The position numbers and the translations under genes are program-made. From a virus (lineage: Duplodnaviria > Caudoviricetes), in IMG/VR virus record IMGVR_UViG_3300029288_000080, positions 1 to 64,000 of that record: a stretch of 64,000 nucleotides of DNA; one strand, 5' to 3'. A model generated the notes under the pieces. The model was given only the letters and a program-made list of their open reading frames with translations. It was not told the DNA's origin and made no database searches. Positions 8,227 to 16,955 of this stretch are shown one piece after another. Within the stretch, counting starts at the first letter, position 1. Each line of letters starts with the position of its first letter.

Positions 8227-9184
8227 TTTTGTTCTCCTTTTCGTAGTGCTCGACTCGGTCGTTGAATCTGCACTTGAAATCCATGCAGAATTTCTTGCAG
8301 ATGGAATCTTCGTGGGAATCGTGCTGGCTAAACCAATCAGCACGCTCCTGCACGTTGCCGGGGCCGAACTGGCCGATTGGCCGTCCCTTTTCCCTCGCGT
8401 ACACGGCACAGGGGTAGTAATCGCGGCCGAAAATCGTGAGGTCGTCGCGGACCAGGTGGCATCGGCCAGTCGTGGCCAAGGCGGAACCCCGCATATTCAG
8501 GCCCTGGTTGAAGTTGTTGACGCGGAACCGCAGGATCGGGTGCCGAGACAACAGCGACTCGGGCAGGTCAAACCGGACGACTTGGTTGTATCGGGTGTCA
8601 GTCCCGACCCTGATGTCCCGGACCCCCAGGGCAGAAATGAACTCCAGGATTTCCCGGTATTGGTTGATGTTGTGGTCGTTGAACACGACCCCGGTGCTTA
8701 CGTAACACTTGGTCGCGAGCACCCGGATATTCTCTACGACCTGGTCGAACACGTTTTTGACCCCAGCGAACTGGGGATTCTGGGCCCTGTCGTGGGTGTC
8801 GAGCGAGATGGAAAATAACTCCACCCCGGCATCCACGAGCCCCAGGTACTGGTCGGTAGCCCTGGACCCATTGGTGGAGATCCCGACGCGCATCCCGTGG
8901 TCTCGGATAATCCTGACGATTTCCACGAGGTCTCGTCTGACCGTCGGCTCCCCACCGGTCAGGTGCACATATCGGCAGTCCATCGCGGCCAGGATCCCGC
9001 AGAACTCGTGGATCTGGTCCAAGCCTGGATCCTGGACTCCCCTGGGTTCCAGTCGGTTGCAGTACGGGCAAGCAAAGTTGCATTTGGACGTGATGATCCA
9101 TTCGCAGTAGGAAATCTTGCCTGGGGACATGGAGGCGGCCCGGGATTCCACGACCTCAAGGAAGCCGATGTCTTGGAGCATCAT
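8210..9184 (-). CDS. radical SAM protein (MoaA-like fold)
   Basis: CNFACPYC (CxxxCxxC), LTGGEPT, STNG, ISLD; C-terminal Cys cluster. Confidence 0.9.
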   Translation of the reverse strand: MMLQDIGFLEVVESRAASMSPGKISYCEWIITSKCNFACPYCNRLEPRGVQDPGLDQIHEFCGILAAMDCRYVHLTGGEPTVRRDLVEIVRIIRDHGMRVGISTNGSRATDQYLGLVDAGVELFSISLDTHDRAQNPQFAGVKNVFDQVVENIRVLATKCYVSTGVVFNDHNINQYREILEFISALGVRDIRVGTDTRYNQVVRFDLPESLLSRHPILRFRVNNFNQGLNMRGSALATTGRCHLVRDDLTIFGRDYYPCAVYAREKGRPIGQFGPGNVQERADWFSQHDSHEDSICKKFCMDFKCRFNDRVEHYEKENKNEKPV

Positions 9185-9616
9185 GGCCTATTCCTCGTTG
9201 AGCGGACATGGTTCACAGCAGTATCCGAACACCAGCCGGCTGCCACCACTGGCCAGCCAGCGGATCCCGGTCATGTTGTCAGGCCAGTGGTCCGGGCGCT
9301 TGTTCAGACATCGGTCCGTAGCCTGCCCAATCTCCACGTTGAGGGCGTTGCCGGGGCGACGCTCCAGCGGAGACACCAACCTGGATTTGCACTGGTCACG
9401 TAGCATCGATCCACCTGCTTCACCTAGTAGATGACGCGGATGACTGTCCCACACATGTTCCCGATGCTACGCTTGGTGCACGCCACGTCAGTGGGCTTGC
9501 ACGCCACGAAGCATGTCTGGCCAAAGGCTGTCCGGTAGGTGATGACTACGGTCGTGTGGTACATTTTCGTTTTCCTTTCAGGTCTACGTGGTTACGTTTC
9601 CTTGTCGTGGCCTGCA

Positions 9617-9865
9617 TTACACCGGAGGTTCGCGATAACTGGCCAGAATCTCGCGGCGCTCCTCCTCCACTTGGTGGAGGTCGATCTCAAAATACCGCGC
9701 CAACAGTACCTCGATGGATTCCCCATTCGGCACGAAATCCTCTCCGCCGCGAGTACACAGAATGATTCTTTCGGACGTTAACCAGTCGAGAAATTCGCCG
9801 AGCTTCTGGCTGTCCTCTTTCACAAGGGACATCTTGTCCAACTCGGGTGTGTTTATGATCTTCAT
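9617..9865 (-). CDS. hypothetical protein
   Basis: GGAGG SD; ATGA coupling. Confidence 0.6.
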   Translation of the reverse strand: MKIINTPELDKMSLVKEDSQKLGEFLDWLTSERIILCTRGGEDFVPNGESIEVLLARYFEIDLHQVEEERREILASYREPPV

Positions 9866-10254
9866 CTATTCCTCCACGCTTCCTTTTCGGTGTCGTACTC
9901 GGTCGTGGTAGGCTCACCTGGGTAATTGTCCTTCCACACCGAAAACTTGATGCGGCACTCCGGTACGTTGGGCTTATGCTCCGTCCTGTACCCACCGTTT
10001 TTGGGGATACAGAAAGTCTCTTCCTTAACGAGTTTCTTGTTCTTGCAGCAGGGACACTCCTCATATTCTGCAGGAGTGTGCTGTACCAGTACGGGCTTCA
10101 CGCCGTCGTCGTTGGTCTGGTCCACCGAGTATGACCAGCAGCGCCGCGCCCCACACTCACATTCGTCTTGCTCGCCATCGCCGCTGTAGTTGCATCCTTC
10201 CGTGTGCTCGTGCCCGTTCTGGCACAACCAAATCTCGTAACCTTCGTAGGACAT
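9862..10254 (-). CDS. Cys-rich hypothetical protein
   Basis: AAGGTG SD; first gene after promoter. Confidence 0.6.
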   Translation of the reverse strand: MSYEGYEIWLCQNGHEHTEGCNYSGDGEQDECECGARRCWSYSVDQTNDDGVKPVLVQHTPAEYEECPCCKNKKLVKEETFCIPKNGGYRTEHKPNVPECRIKFSVWKDNYPGEPTTTEYDTEKEAWRNR

Positions 10255-10295
10255 GGCTCACCTTTTTCGTTAGACGCTTCTGTAGCACACCTATA

Positions 10296-10336
10296 TGTGT
10301 AGCACCGTGGATTGCGCTTGTCAATCTTTTATTTTG
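10296..10336 (-). promoter_or_regulatory. sigma70-type early promoter, copy 2 of the 39-bp repeat
   Basis: TTGACA-17-TACACA with the same A-rich UP-like tract. Confidence 0.75.
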
Positions 10337-10371
10337 GGCGTGGGGAGAAAAAGAAGGCAGCGAGACGAAAA

Positions 10372-11715
10372 CTACTGGGCCTCGTCCTCCGTGATGATCG
10401 AGAGCTGCCCGCAGGCCGCCCCTGCGGTAATCTCAGCCTCGGTTGCCTGATCGTAGGCGTAGCCATCCTGTCGGTGAAGTGCAACACAATAACGGTGACT
10501 GACATCCCCGATGCCTGCAAGCTTAAAACTTCCCGAGACTCGGGTGGAAATTCGGGCTACATGGGTTCCGGCAAACTTTCCCTTGGGTACCACGGCCTTG
10601 ACGATGTCACCGGTGCGGAAGCCAAAATGTGTCGCTTGTCGGGTTCGGTGACGCACGGGAAAACCAAAACGGTCGGTCCCGCACATTCGTCGGGAACCGT
10701 GACCTGTGGCTTTAATTAATAGAGGCTTAGTTTCGGAATCCAAGACAACCGAGGCGCCAGAGCCCCCAACACAGGCAGCATCAATCCAGTGGGCCTTGGG
10801 ATAGTGTTGCTTGGCTCGATTGAATTTGGTCTGTGCGCCGGTGCCAACTTCTACCGAAAGTCCGGTGGAAGTCAAAACCGCTAGCAAAGCATTTCGCGTA
10901 GTGTTGACCGCCGAGGCATCGCGGAGCGGACGTTTCGCTTGGGCCAGGATTTTGGCCAGGACCGCTGGTTTGTTCTTCAAAAACATTTCGACGGGAAGCT
11001 TTCCTTTGCGTTCATTACAATCATGGCAAGCCAGCGTGAGGTTAGAAAGTCGGTTGCTGCCGCTCGACACTTTTGGAACAATATGTTCCACTTCAAAGGG
11101 AACATCCTTGGCCCCACAATAAGCACAGGTACGGTTCCATTTCTCCAGCAGGTATTCTTTGACCGTGTAGCCTTGCAGGGTACCCTGTTGGTATTCGGCG
11201 CCGGAAACTTCCGGGTTCTGCATCAGTTGCATATCAAACTTTATGCGTTCAACCGAAATACCCGTTACGTTGCAAAGTCGTTGGAACTTTTTCACCCACG
11301 TCATAATCGTGAGAACGCGGTGCTGAAGGCTTGGAGGTAACCAGCCTGCGGAACGAGTACGGTTAAGGAACCGTGGTTTACGATATCGGGTTTTCCGGTT
11401 ACGCCGGCTATGTCGGATAGTTTTCCTGGATTCCAACTTAGCTTTGATCGCGGAACCCCTGTGTTCTAACTCTGCCGCGAATAAAACTTTTCCTGCAGGC
11501 CCCACCAGCGCGATCCCGGTAACTTTGCTCCCAGGGTCAAGCTTAACCACCACGGGTGTAACGATTACTTCGGATTTTGTTTCCTTCAGGATAATGGTGA
11601 AGGGGTAGCGGCGCAACACTGCAGCCCTGCCCGACGAAAGCAGCGTCCTGGCTTCACCAGGATGCACTGGATCCAGTGGACGCCGATCATGGTCTAGTAC
11701 AAAACCCAGTTGCAT
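10372..11715 (-). CDS. iscB: IscB RNA-guided endonuclease
   Basis: PLDP (PLMP-like) N-terminus, RuvC-I LDPGSK, RHSRRNRKTRYRKPRF bridge helix, HNH (CAYC..EHIVP..N..LACHDCN), HWIDAA. Confidence 0.95.
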   Translation of the reverse strand: MQLGFVLDHDRRPLDPVHPGEARTLLSSGRAAVLRRYPFTIILKETKSEVIVTPVVVKLDPGSKVTGIALVGPAGKVLFAAELEHRGSAIKAKLESRKTIRHSRRNRKTRYRKPRFLNRTRSAGWLPPSLQHRVLTIMTWVKKFQRLCNVTGISVERIKFDMQLMQNPEVSGAEYQQGTLQGYTVKEYLLEKWNRTCAYCGAKDVPFEVEHIVPKVSSGSNRLSNLTLACHDCNERKGKLPVEMFLKNKPAVLAKILAQAKRPLRDASAVNTTRNALLAVLTSTGLSVEVGTGAQTKFNRAKQHYPKAHWIDAACVGGSGASVVLDSETKPLLIKATGHGSRRMCGTDRFGFPVRHRTRQATHFGFRTGDIVKAVVPKGKFAGTHVARISTRVSGSFKLAGIGDVSHRYCVALHRQDGYAYDQATEAEITAGAACGQLSIITEDEAQ

Positions 11716-11962
11716 CAAAAGATCTCTCCGCTCACGCGGGTAATGTTTTCCTCGCCGATGTCCGGGAAGCTTTTTACACGCAAGACCTTCGCGGTCTCCC
11801 CAGGGACCACAGCATGATCTTGCGCGACAGAGCCACGGACTGGAAAGCATCCGTAGGTGTCGTGACTTCTTGGACGTAGATCGAACAGGGTTACCCGTCC
11901 TTTCTCGGGCTGGTCATGAACAGGGGTTTCAAGCCCCCGAACATAGTCGTGGGGTTCATGAC
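10452..11962 (-). mobile_element. non-autonomous IS200/605-family IscB element
   Basis: removing 10452..11962 restores an in-frame ORF (L)DPRPLP-DQATEAE...; no tnpA present. Confidence 0.7.
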
Positions 11963-11983
11963 CGGGTAGTGGTCGTGGGTCCA
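11716..11983 (-). ncRNA. omegaRNA (HEARO-like) with about 21-nt 5' guide
   Basis: GTCATGAACCCC..GGGGGCTTG..GACCAG..CTACGT..GGATGCTTTCCAGTCC..ACATCGGCGAGG..ATTACC directly upstream of iscB. Confidence 0.85.
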
Positions 11984-11989
11984 GAGGGC

Positions 11990-12018
11990 ATAGTAAGACG
12001 AGTGGCCCCGGGAGTCAA
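11990..12018 (-). promoter_or_regulatory. sigma70-type promoter reading into omegaRNA/iscB
   Basis: TTGACT-17-TACTAT. Confidence 0.7.
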
Positions 12019-12045
12019 GTGGTTATTTTGGGCATGGGGGTCGAG

Positions 12046-12067
12046 ACTGAAGAAGTTGTCGTGATGT
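12046..12067. repeat. inverted repeat, downstream arm bracketing the tRNA array
   Basis: ACTGAAGAAGTTGTCGTGATGT is the reverse complement of 18294..18314 with one extra A. Confidence 0.85.
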
Positions 12068-12082
12068 CAGGTGGGAAAGAAA

Positions 12083-12154
12083 CGGCCCAGGTAGGTGCTG
12101 CCCCCACTACTTTCCGGTTAACTGCCGGACACTCTGCTGGTGAGTTACTGAGCC
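12083..12154 (-). tRNA. tRNA-Asn(GTT), atypical (A33)
   Basis: TCCGG-CAGTTAA-CCGGA; T-loop GGCAGCA. Confidence 0.7.
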
Positions 12155-12157
12155 AGG

Positions 12158-12847
12158 CTAGTCGCGATATTTTTTGAAGTCACGGACAAAATTGGTTTTT
12201 ATTATACGTTGTCTCTCTTCCTCACTGGGTCGTGTGCGGTAGAACTTAGTGGAGCATGTTCTGTTGCAACATTTAGGGCGATTTTCGTGTACATTGTTTG
12301 CCATGTAATACCTGCGTTCCGCTTCAATGTGCTTGCCGCAAGCAGGGCAAACTACTTCTACCCACGCTGCCCCTTGCTGTTTTCCATGCTCCACGGCGTG
12401 TTCTCGTAGGGTCATGATAGTTAGGTTTTCCAACCTATTATCCAGTTTGTCTCCGTTGAGATGGTGGACTATTTCGTCGGATCGCAGCAGACGGCCAAGA
12501 TGCTGCTCCATGACGTACCGGTGTTCAAAAATGTACCGGCCTTCGATGTAGGTTCGGCCCAGATAACCTGGGGGCTTCTGCAACATCCAGCGGCCGTCGC
12601 TGCTGATGAGCCGTTCTTTCTTTCTCCCGATGCCAAGACGTTTCTTTTCTTTGGCGATTCTGGCAACGCGCTGCTTTTTTATCTTGACCTTGACTTCTTT
12701 GGGCACCCTGGTGGCTTCAGTGATGTCACGGACCCAGGTGCTCACCGACGACTTGGCCACCTGAAGGTGCTGGGCTATCGCCAGCAAAGTCCAGCCAAAT
12801 CGGCGCAGTTGTCTCGCTTGACCCATTTCTTTGGTTTTGCTTATCAT
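12158..12847 (-). CDS. HNH homing endonuclease with N-terminal HTH
   Basis: EHRYVMEQHLGR..VHHLNGDKLDNRLENL; AGGAGG SD. Confidence 0.9.
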   Translation of the reverse strand: MISKTKEMGQARQLRRFGWTLLAIAQHLQVAKSSVSTWVRDITEATRVPKEVKVKIKKQRVARIAKEKKRLGIGRKKERLISSDGRWMLQKPPGYLGRTYIEGRYIFEHRYVMEQHLGRLLRSDEIVHHLNGDKLDNRLENLTIMTLREHAVEHGKQQGAAWVEVVCPACGKHIEAERRYYMANNVHENRPKCCNRTCSTKFYRTRPSEEERQRIIKTNFVRDFKKYRD

Positions 12848-12910
12848 GTGAACCTCCTGGTAAAGATTAACGTGGAAGTTCACGTTCATTAGACCGAGGA
12901 GGCAAACCAA

Positions 12911-12982
12911 AGGGCCCTACCCGAGTCGGACGGGTATCTCGCCGGTCGTAGCGGCGGCTCTTTCCCCTTGAGTTAAGGGCCC
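12911..12982 (-). tRNA. tRNA-Arg(ACG)
   Basis: CGCCG-CTACGAC-CGGCG; GGGCCCT/AGGGCCC acceptor. Confidence 0.75.
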
Positions 12983-12993
12983 AGGAAATAAGA

Positions 12994-13066
12994 TGGCCGG
13001 AGAGGAAGTTGAATCCTCAGCCTCGGACGTAAGAAGTCCTTGCTCTGCCAGTTGAGCTATCCAGCC
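12994..13066 (-). tRNA. tRNA-Lys(CTT)
   Basis: GGAC-TTCTTAC-GTCC; canonical D-arm. Confidence 0.8.
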
Positions 13067-13078
13067 GTGGAAACTATC

Positions 13079-13160
13079 TGGTGCGCCGTACAAGACTCGA
13101 ACTTGTAAAAATTTTCCACTTTAGGAGAGTGGTGGGTTATTCCAATTTCCCTAACGGCGC
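13079..13160 (-). tRNA. tRNA-Arg(CCT) with encoded CCA
   Basis: CCACT-CTCCTAA-AGTGG; TTCGAGT T-loop. Confidence 0.85.
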
Positions 13161-13188
13161 AGGCAATATTATAATGAAATCAAACAGT

Positions 13189-13260
13189 TGGGGCCACCGG
13201 AGTACGATTCCGGGCAGCCAACTTAAAAGGATGGTATGCTCCCAATTACATCATGGCCCC
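13189..13260 (-). tRNA. tRNA-Lys(TTT)
   Basis: CCATC-CTTTTAA-GTTGG; T-loop ATCGTAC. Confidence 0.75.
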
Positions 13261-13279
13261 GTAGTTTTTGACTCGGGAC

Positions 13280-13567
13280 TCACGTTTCTTCCTGGTTGGC
13301 ATCGGGTTCCTCCTGGGTCTGTTCTTCCTGGTTGATCTCGGCCATGATTTCCGCCCGGGTGGGCCCTTCGGTGCGGCGCCGATGGCCCCCGCAGACAATG
13401 CAGGAGCAAGGCTTCCGGGCCGACAGATGCATCCTGACGGTCAAGTCCTCGACCTCCTGGGCCGTCTGGGTCTCAGTCTCGCTGATCCAGAAGATTTCGT
13501 GGGCCAGGCGGCGCCAGCGACGCTGCAGCCGAGTAACCTGGGCACGACGGAAATCTCTGGTCCTCAT
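13280..13567 (-). CDS. Arg-rich small protein with CSCxxC motif inside the tRNA array
   Basis: MRTRDFRRAQ..RKPCSCIVCG; own leaderless promoter. Confidence 0.7.
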   Translation of the reverse strand: MRTRDFRRAQVTRLQRRWRRLAHEIFWISETETQTAQEVEDLTVRMHLSARKPCSCIVCGGHRRRTEGPTRAEIMAEINQEEQTQEEPDANQEET

Positions 13568-13602
13568 GGGGACATTTTACCAGTGGCCTCAGGGGATGTC
13601 AA
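13568..13602 (-). promoter_or_regulatory. sigma70-type promoter, leaderless
   Basis: TTGACA-17-TAAAAT, 6 nt to ATG 13567. Confidence 0.8.
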
Positions 13603-13604
13603 GA

Positions 13605-13678
13605 AGGGCCTGGCCGGATGTGCGCCGGCGACCAACGGTTTAGAGGACCGCCGTTCTATCTTGCTGAACTACAGGCCC
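13605..13678 (-). tRNA. tRNA-Arg(TCT), C33
   Basis: GCGGT-CCTCTAA-ACCGT; T-loop CGCACAT. Confidence 0.75.
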
Positions 13679-13683
13679 AGAAC

Positions 13684-13771
13684 AGGAGGATACTGGATTT
13701 GAACCAGTGGAGGCTTTGGGGCCTCTCCGGGTAGCAGCCGGATCGCTTAAACCTGACTCGCGCAATCCTCC
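13684..13771 (-). tRNA. tRNA-Ser(GCT)
   Basis: TCCGG-CTGCTAC-CCGGA; long variable arm. Confidence 0.9.
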
Positions 13772-13776
13772 AAAAG

Positions 13777-13850
13777 GGTGGACGACCGAAGTTGAATCGG
13801 CAACCTCTGCGTTCACAGCGCAGCGCTCTAACCAGTTGAGCTACGTCCAC
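13777..13850 (-). tRNA. tRNA-His(GTG)
   Basis: CTGCG-CTGTGAA-CGCAG; C73. Confidence 0.9.
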
Positions 13851-13851
13851 A

Positions 13852-13923
13852 AGCGGCTGGGGAACAACGATTTCCCACCTTGGGGGCGGAGGCCCCAAAT
13901 GCTGCCAATTACACCACAGCCGC
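13852..13923 (-). tRNA. tRNA-Gly(TCC), C33
   Basis: TGGGG-CCTCCGC-CCCCA; GCG/CGC acceptor end, U73. Confidence 0.75.
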
Positions 13924-13935
13924 AGAAACAAAAAG

Positions 13936-14008
13936 TCGGGAATGCCGGAGTCGAACCGGATCCTAAAGATCCCAAATCTTTCGTGCAACCACTTACACCT
14001 CATTCCCG
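13936..14008 (-). tRNA. tRNA-Pro(TGG)
   Basis: AAAGA-TTTGGGA-TCTTT; C1-G72, A73. Confidence 0.9.
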
Positions 14009-14013
14009 AGATA

Positions 14014-14850
14014 CTATTTATTTTTATTTCGTCTCCGCAGGTCACGTGTCGCCTTGGCGTGTGCCGCACGACATTCTGGACACCTACATTTTCTATAGTG
14101 GTAGTTGGAGTTAGTACCGTGTACTTGGGGTTTTGCTGGTCTTCCGAGAGGACCTTTGCCTGTGTAGTATTTAGCGGAGCATTTTCTGGAGCAAAAATGG
14201 TGAACACCGCGAAAGAATCGTCTGCTTCGTGTGAAGGGAGCACCGCACTGCTCGCAGGTCGTGGTCACCCACGCATCAGGATGGTGCCGCTTTTTATGTT
14301 CTGCATTGTCCGCGAGTAACTCTAGGTTTTTGATGTGGTTATTGCGCTTATCCCCATCTATGTGGTGCACGGTCTCTTCGTCGGTTAGGTCCCGCCCGAT
14401 GTACCGTGACATGACGTAACGATGCTCCAGCACCCTCCCACGTTTGTCAGCCATTGGGTGGCCCGGCACCAAGATGTACACATAGTCACCAACACCCGAA
14501 CTTTCGGTCTTGAACCCCAGGACATATCTAGACCAGCGGGTCCGTTTATTGGTTCCTGGTCTAGGACCTTGCCCCAGCGATAGATTTTTGCGCGACTGCT
14601 CTTGATTATTTTCCCAGTTTTTCTTGCCCCACGCTACTCGGAGTTCTCGGGGAACGGCACGCCCGATCTTGGCGGCGTTGTCTCGCCGTTTTTGCATGAG
14701 CCGTTCCTGTTGTTCCGGAGTCAACACGATGTCGCGCAGCATGTAACTTAGGGTGCTGCGGCCAATGCCGAGTCGGGCATGGATTTCTTTGTAACTGTAG
14801 CCTAGGAGGCGGAGAGCACGGGCTTCTTTTCTGAGTGGGTGGGGCTTCAT
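14014..14850 (-). CDS. HNH homing endonuclease with N-terminal HTH
   Basis: EHRYVMSRYIGR..VHHIDGDKRNNHIKNL; Zn fingers. Confidence 0.9.
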   Translation of the reverse strand: MKPHPLRKEARALRLLGYSYKEIHARLGIGRSTLSYMLRDIVLTPEQQERLMQKRRDNAAKIGRAVPRELRVAWGKKNWENNQEQSRKNLSLGQGPRPGTNKRTRWSRYVLGFKTESSGVGDYVYILVPGHPMADKRGRVLEHRYVMSRYIGRDLTDEETVHHIDGDKRNNHIKNLELLADNAEHKKRHHPDAWVTTTCEQCGAPFTRSRRFFRGVHHFCSRKCSAKYYTGKGPLGRPAKPQVHGTNSNYHYRKCRCPECRAAHAKATRDLRRRNKNK

Positions 14851-14935
14851 GGCGGGTTTTCTCCTGGGAGGAGTTGTCCTCCACTAGAGATTAACGTCAT
14901 GCGGACCTACGTGTTCCCGTGCCCAACCGATTCTT

Positions 14936-15007
14936 TTCCGCTGCCAGGATGCGCGCCTGGAACAAGGCTTTCAGAGAGCCCCGTGTTACTGGTTACACCA
15001 CAGCGGA
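14936..15007 (-). tRNA. tRNA-Gln(CTG)
   Basis: GGGCT-CTCTGAA-AGCCT; U1-A72. Confidence 0.8.
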
Positions 15008-15011
15008 TCAG

Positions 15012-15083
15012 TGTTGGCTAACGGAGTCGAACCGATATCTGGGCGGTATGGGCACCCTATGCTTGCCATTACACCAAGCCAAC
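15012..15083 (-). tRNA. tRNA-Met/Ile2(CAT), C33
   Basis: GGGTG-CCCATAC-CGCCC. Confidence 0.75.
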
Positions 15084-15087
15084 GGAA

Positions 15088-15159
15088 AGCTGGTGGCCGG
15101 GGATGATCCGGCGGCTCCTGGTTACGAAGCAGGTGCTTTCCCAGTTAAGCGACACCAGC
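15088..15159 (-). tRNA. tRNA-Thr(CGT)
   Basis: CCTGC-TTCGTAA-CCAGG; T-loop ATCATCC. Confidence 0.75.
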
Positions 15160-15162
15160 GCA

Positions 15163-15234
15163 AGCCGACACCCGGGTCTGGGCCGGGACCGCAGCCGTAC
15201 CGGGGCTGCATTCTGCCAGTTAAACTATGTCGGC
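15163..15234 (-). tRNA. tRNA-Thr(GGT), C33
   Basis: CAGCC-CCGGTAC-GGCTG; T-loop CCCAGAC. Confidence 0.75.
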
Positions 15235-15238
15235 GAGA

Positions 15239-15313
15239 AGCACCGGGCAAGATTTGAACTTGCGATAAACGGAGGTTGCAGCTCCGCCCCTTCGGCCACT
15301 CGGGCACCGGTGC
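15239..15313 (-). tRNA. tRNA-Cys(GCA)
   Basis: CGGAG-CTGCAAC-CTCCG; U73. Confidence 0.9.
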
Positions 15314-15324
15314 AAGAATCAAAA

Positions 15325-15395
15325 TGGAGCATAAAAGAATCGAACTTTTATTTCCACGGTGCGGACGTGGTGTTCTCCCATTGAACGAATGCCCC
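15325..15395 (-). tRNA. tRNA-Ala(CGC), C33
   Basis: CCACG-TCCGCAC-CGTGG; G3:U70 identity pair. Confidence 0.85.
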
Positions 15396-15399
15396 AAGA

Positions 15400-15471
15400 A
15401 GCGGATTACGGGGTGCGCGCCCGTGCCTGAACCCTGGCAAGGTTCTGTGCTGCTGATTACACCAAATCCGC
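15400..15471 (-). tRNA. tRNA-Gly(GCC)
   Basis: GAACC-TTGCCAG-GGTTC; U73. Confidence 0.8.
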
Positions 15472-15475
15472 GTGA

Positions 15476-15559
15476 CGGTGAGAAGGAGAGTCGAACTCCT
15501 GTGGGGTTGCCCCCGCGCGGGGTCCAGCCGCGTGCCATAGGCCACTAGGCGATCTCACC
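15476..15559 (-). tRNA. tRNA-Ser(GGA)
   Basis: CGCGG-CTGGACC-CCGCG; long variable arm; G73. Confidence 0.85.
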
Positions 15560-15563
15560 AGAG

Positions 15564-15635
15564 TGGGTCCATCCCGCGTTGCACGGGAATCACAGGATCT
15601 TCAGTCCCGCGCTTTACTCTTTAAGCTATGGACCC
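15564..15635 (-). tRNA. tRNA-Phe(GAA)
   Basis: CGGGA-CTGAAGA-TCCTG. Confidence 0.8.
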
Positions 15636-15640
15636 ATGGA

Positions 15641-15731
15641 CGGTGGGTGCAGGGTACGATCCTGCAGAACCCCGATCAAGAGGTTCACCTACGTTCGAAA
15701 TAGGCGCCTTATCCATTTCAGCCAACCCACC
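15641..15731 (-). tRNA. tRNA-Ser(CGA)
   Basis: CCTAT-TTCGAAC-GTAGG; long variable arm; G73. Confidence 0.8.
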
Positions 15732-15734
15732 AGA

Positions 15735-15805
15735 CGGGCCTAACGAGAATCGGACTCGTGTCTCGCGGTAGACAGCCGCGCAGGATACCACTACCCCATA
15801 GGCCC
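15735..15805 (-). tRNA. tRNA-Asp(GTC)
   Basis: CGCGG-CTGTCTA-CCGCG; G73. Confidence 0.8.
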
Positions 15806-16780
15806 AACCGACGTATACCACCAGAAATGTCGTACTCCTGGTGTGCAGTTTTGTCTTTCTACTTTCCCGGCGTACACCTTCGCCCAATAACCTGCCTTGG
15901 GCGTCTCTATACTATAGTTTCTGCACCATTTGACGACTGCGTTGCCGCTTACGCCGAAATAAGTGGAAATGGTACTGATCGGCTGCTCCCACACGAGTCG
16001 TCCGAGCACTACGCTACTGGGGCGCTGTGTTTTTCTACTATTTTTACCAGCACACGTGTACGAGCAATATTTAGCCGCACCATTACCTTCTTTATTTCTG
16101 AAGTGTTCACCACAGGTTAAACAGATAGGTAGAGTAGTGCATTTCTCCGCGTTGGACTTCGCCCTATACTGTTGCGTCCTACTGGGTTGACACTTTTTAG
16201 TGCAATATATTTGTTTAATACGCTTTGTTTTATACTTTGTTGCACACGTAGGACACGTTTTTATTGTGTACTGTTCGGTGTATTGCTCTTCGTTTTTCTT
16301 TTTTATGTTTTTACCCGCGAATGTTTTGGTTTGCGTATGGCAGTTGGGACAAAGTAGACTCAGGTTTGCTAGTCTGTTGTCATTACGCACACCATTTATA
16401 TGATGTAGTTGCAAAGTCAGTGGCATGTCGTTCCACGTGGGTAGCAGGCCACAAGCGGCGCATTTGTTATCCAGCAAGCCTACAAATAGTATTTTACTTT
16501 TTAAGTCGCTATTAGCAGTGCATGCTGAGTGTTCTACGAGAACAGAAGAAAGGCTTTGCATTACTGTTTTGCGGTCTGCGGGTTTTCGTTGGTAGAAGTG
16601 ACTTGTGTCCACCCCTTGTTTTCGCGCACGCTGCCTAATTGTGGCAGCGGTCGACCCTCCTGACCCACCGTAGCCCAGGTCAAGTCTTGCTGTATTGAAA
16701 CTATTGTTGCGTGCGATGACGGCGGCGAACGCTTCATTGCTCAACGCCCAGATCGTGCTGCGCTTCGCTCTATTGGCCAT
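15791..16780 (-). CDS. HNH homing endonuclease, multi-Zn-finger, C-terminal HTH
   Basis: LQLHHINGVRNDNRLANLSLLCPNCHTQT; stop lies inside tRNA-Asp. Confidence 0.9.
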   Translation of the reverse strand: MANRAKRSTIWALSNEAFAAVIARNNSFNTARLDLGYGGSGGSTAATIRQRARKQGVDTSHFYQRKPADRKTVMQSLSSVLVEHSACTANSDLKSKILFVGLLDNKCAACGLLPTWNDMPLTLQLHHINGVRNDNRLANLSLLCPNCHTQTKTFAGKNIKKKNEEQYTEQYTIKTCPTCATKYKTKRIKQIYCTKKCQPSRTQQYRAKSNAEKCTTLPICLTCGEHFRNKEGNGAAKYCSYTCAGKNSRKTQRPSSVVLGRLVWEQPISTISTYFGVSGNAVVKWCRNYSIETPKAGYWAKVYAGKVERQNCTPGVRHFWWYTSVGPMG

Positions 16781-16859
16781 GGTACAGACACCCGTGGGCA
16801 GTCTTTGCCCACTATAAGTTAAGGTGTCCTGGACACTTGAACCGAAACATGAAAAAGAA

Positions 16860-16940
16860 TGGCGAGGGCTGGATTTGAACCAGCAAAGCCGAAGCGTCCG
16901 ATTTACAATCGGATGGGTTAAACCGTTTCCCTACCTCACC
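16860..16940 (-). tRNA. tRNA-Tyr(GTA)
   Basis: TCCGA-TTGTAAA-TCGGA; variable arm. Confidence 0.9.
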
Positions 16941-16955
16941 GAAAATCAGAAACAA

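Noticed and set aside
11716-11850. Extended IscB N-terminus in the ORF track
   Set aside because: This region is the omegaRNA scaffold; family-typical sequence starts at ATG 11715.
13605-13678. Amber suppressor tRNA (CTA) and stop-codon recoding
   Set aside because: The stem GCGGT/ACCGT centres the loop on TCT. Known genes are intact under the standard code and many end in TAG or TGA.
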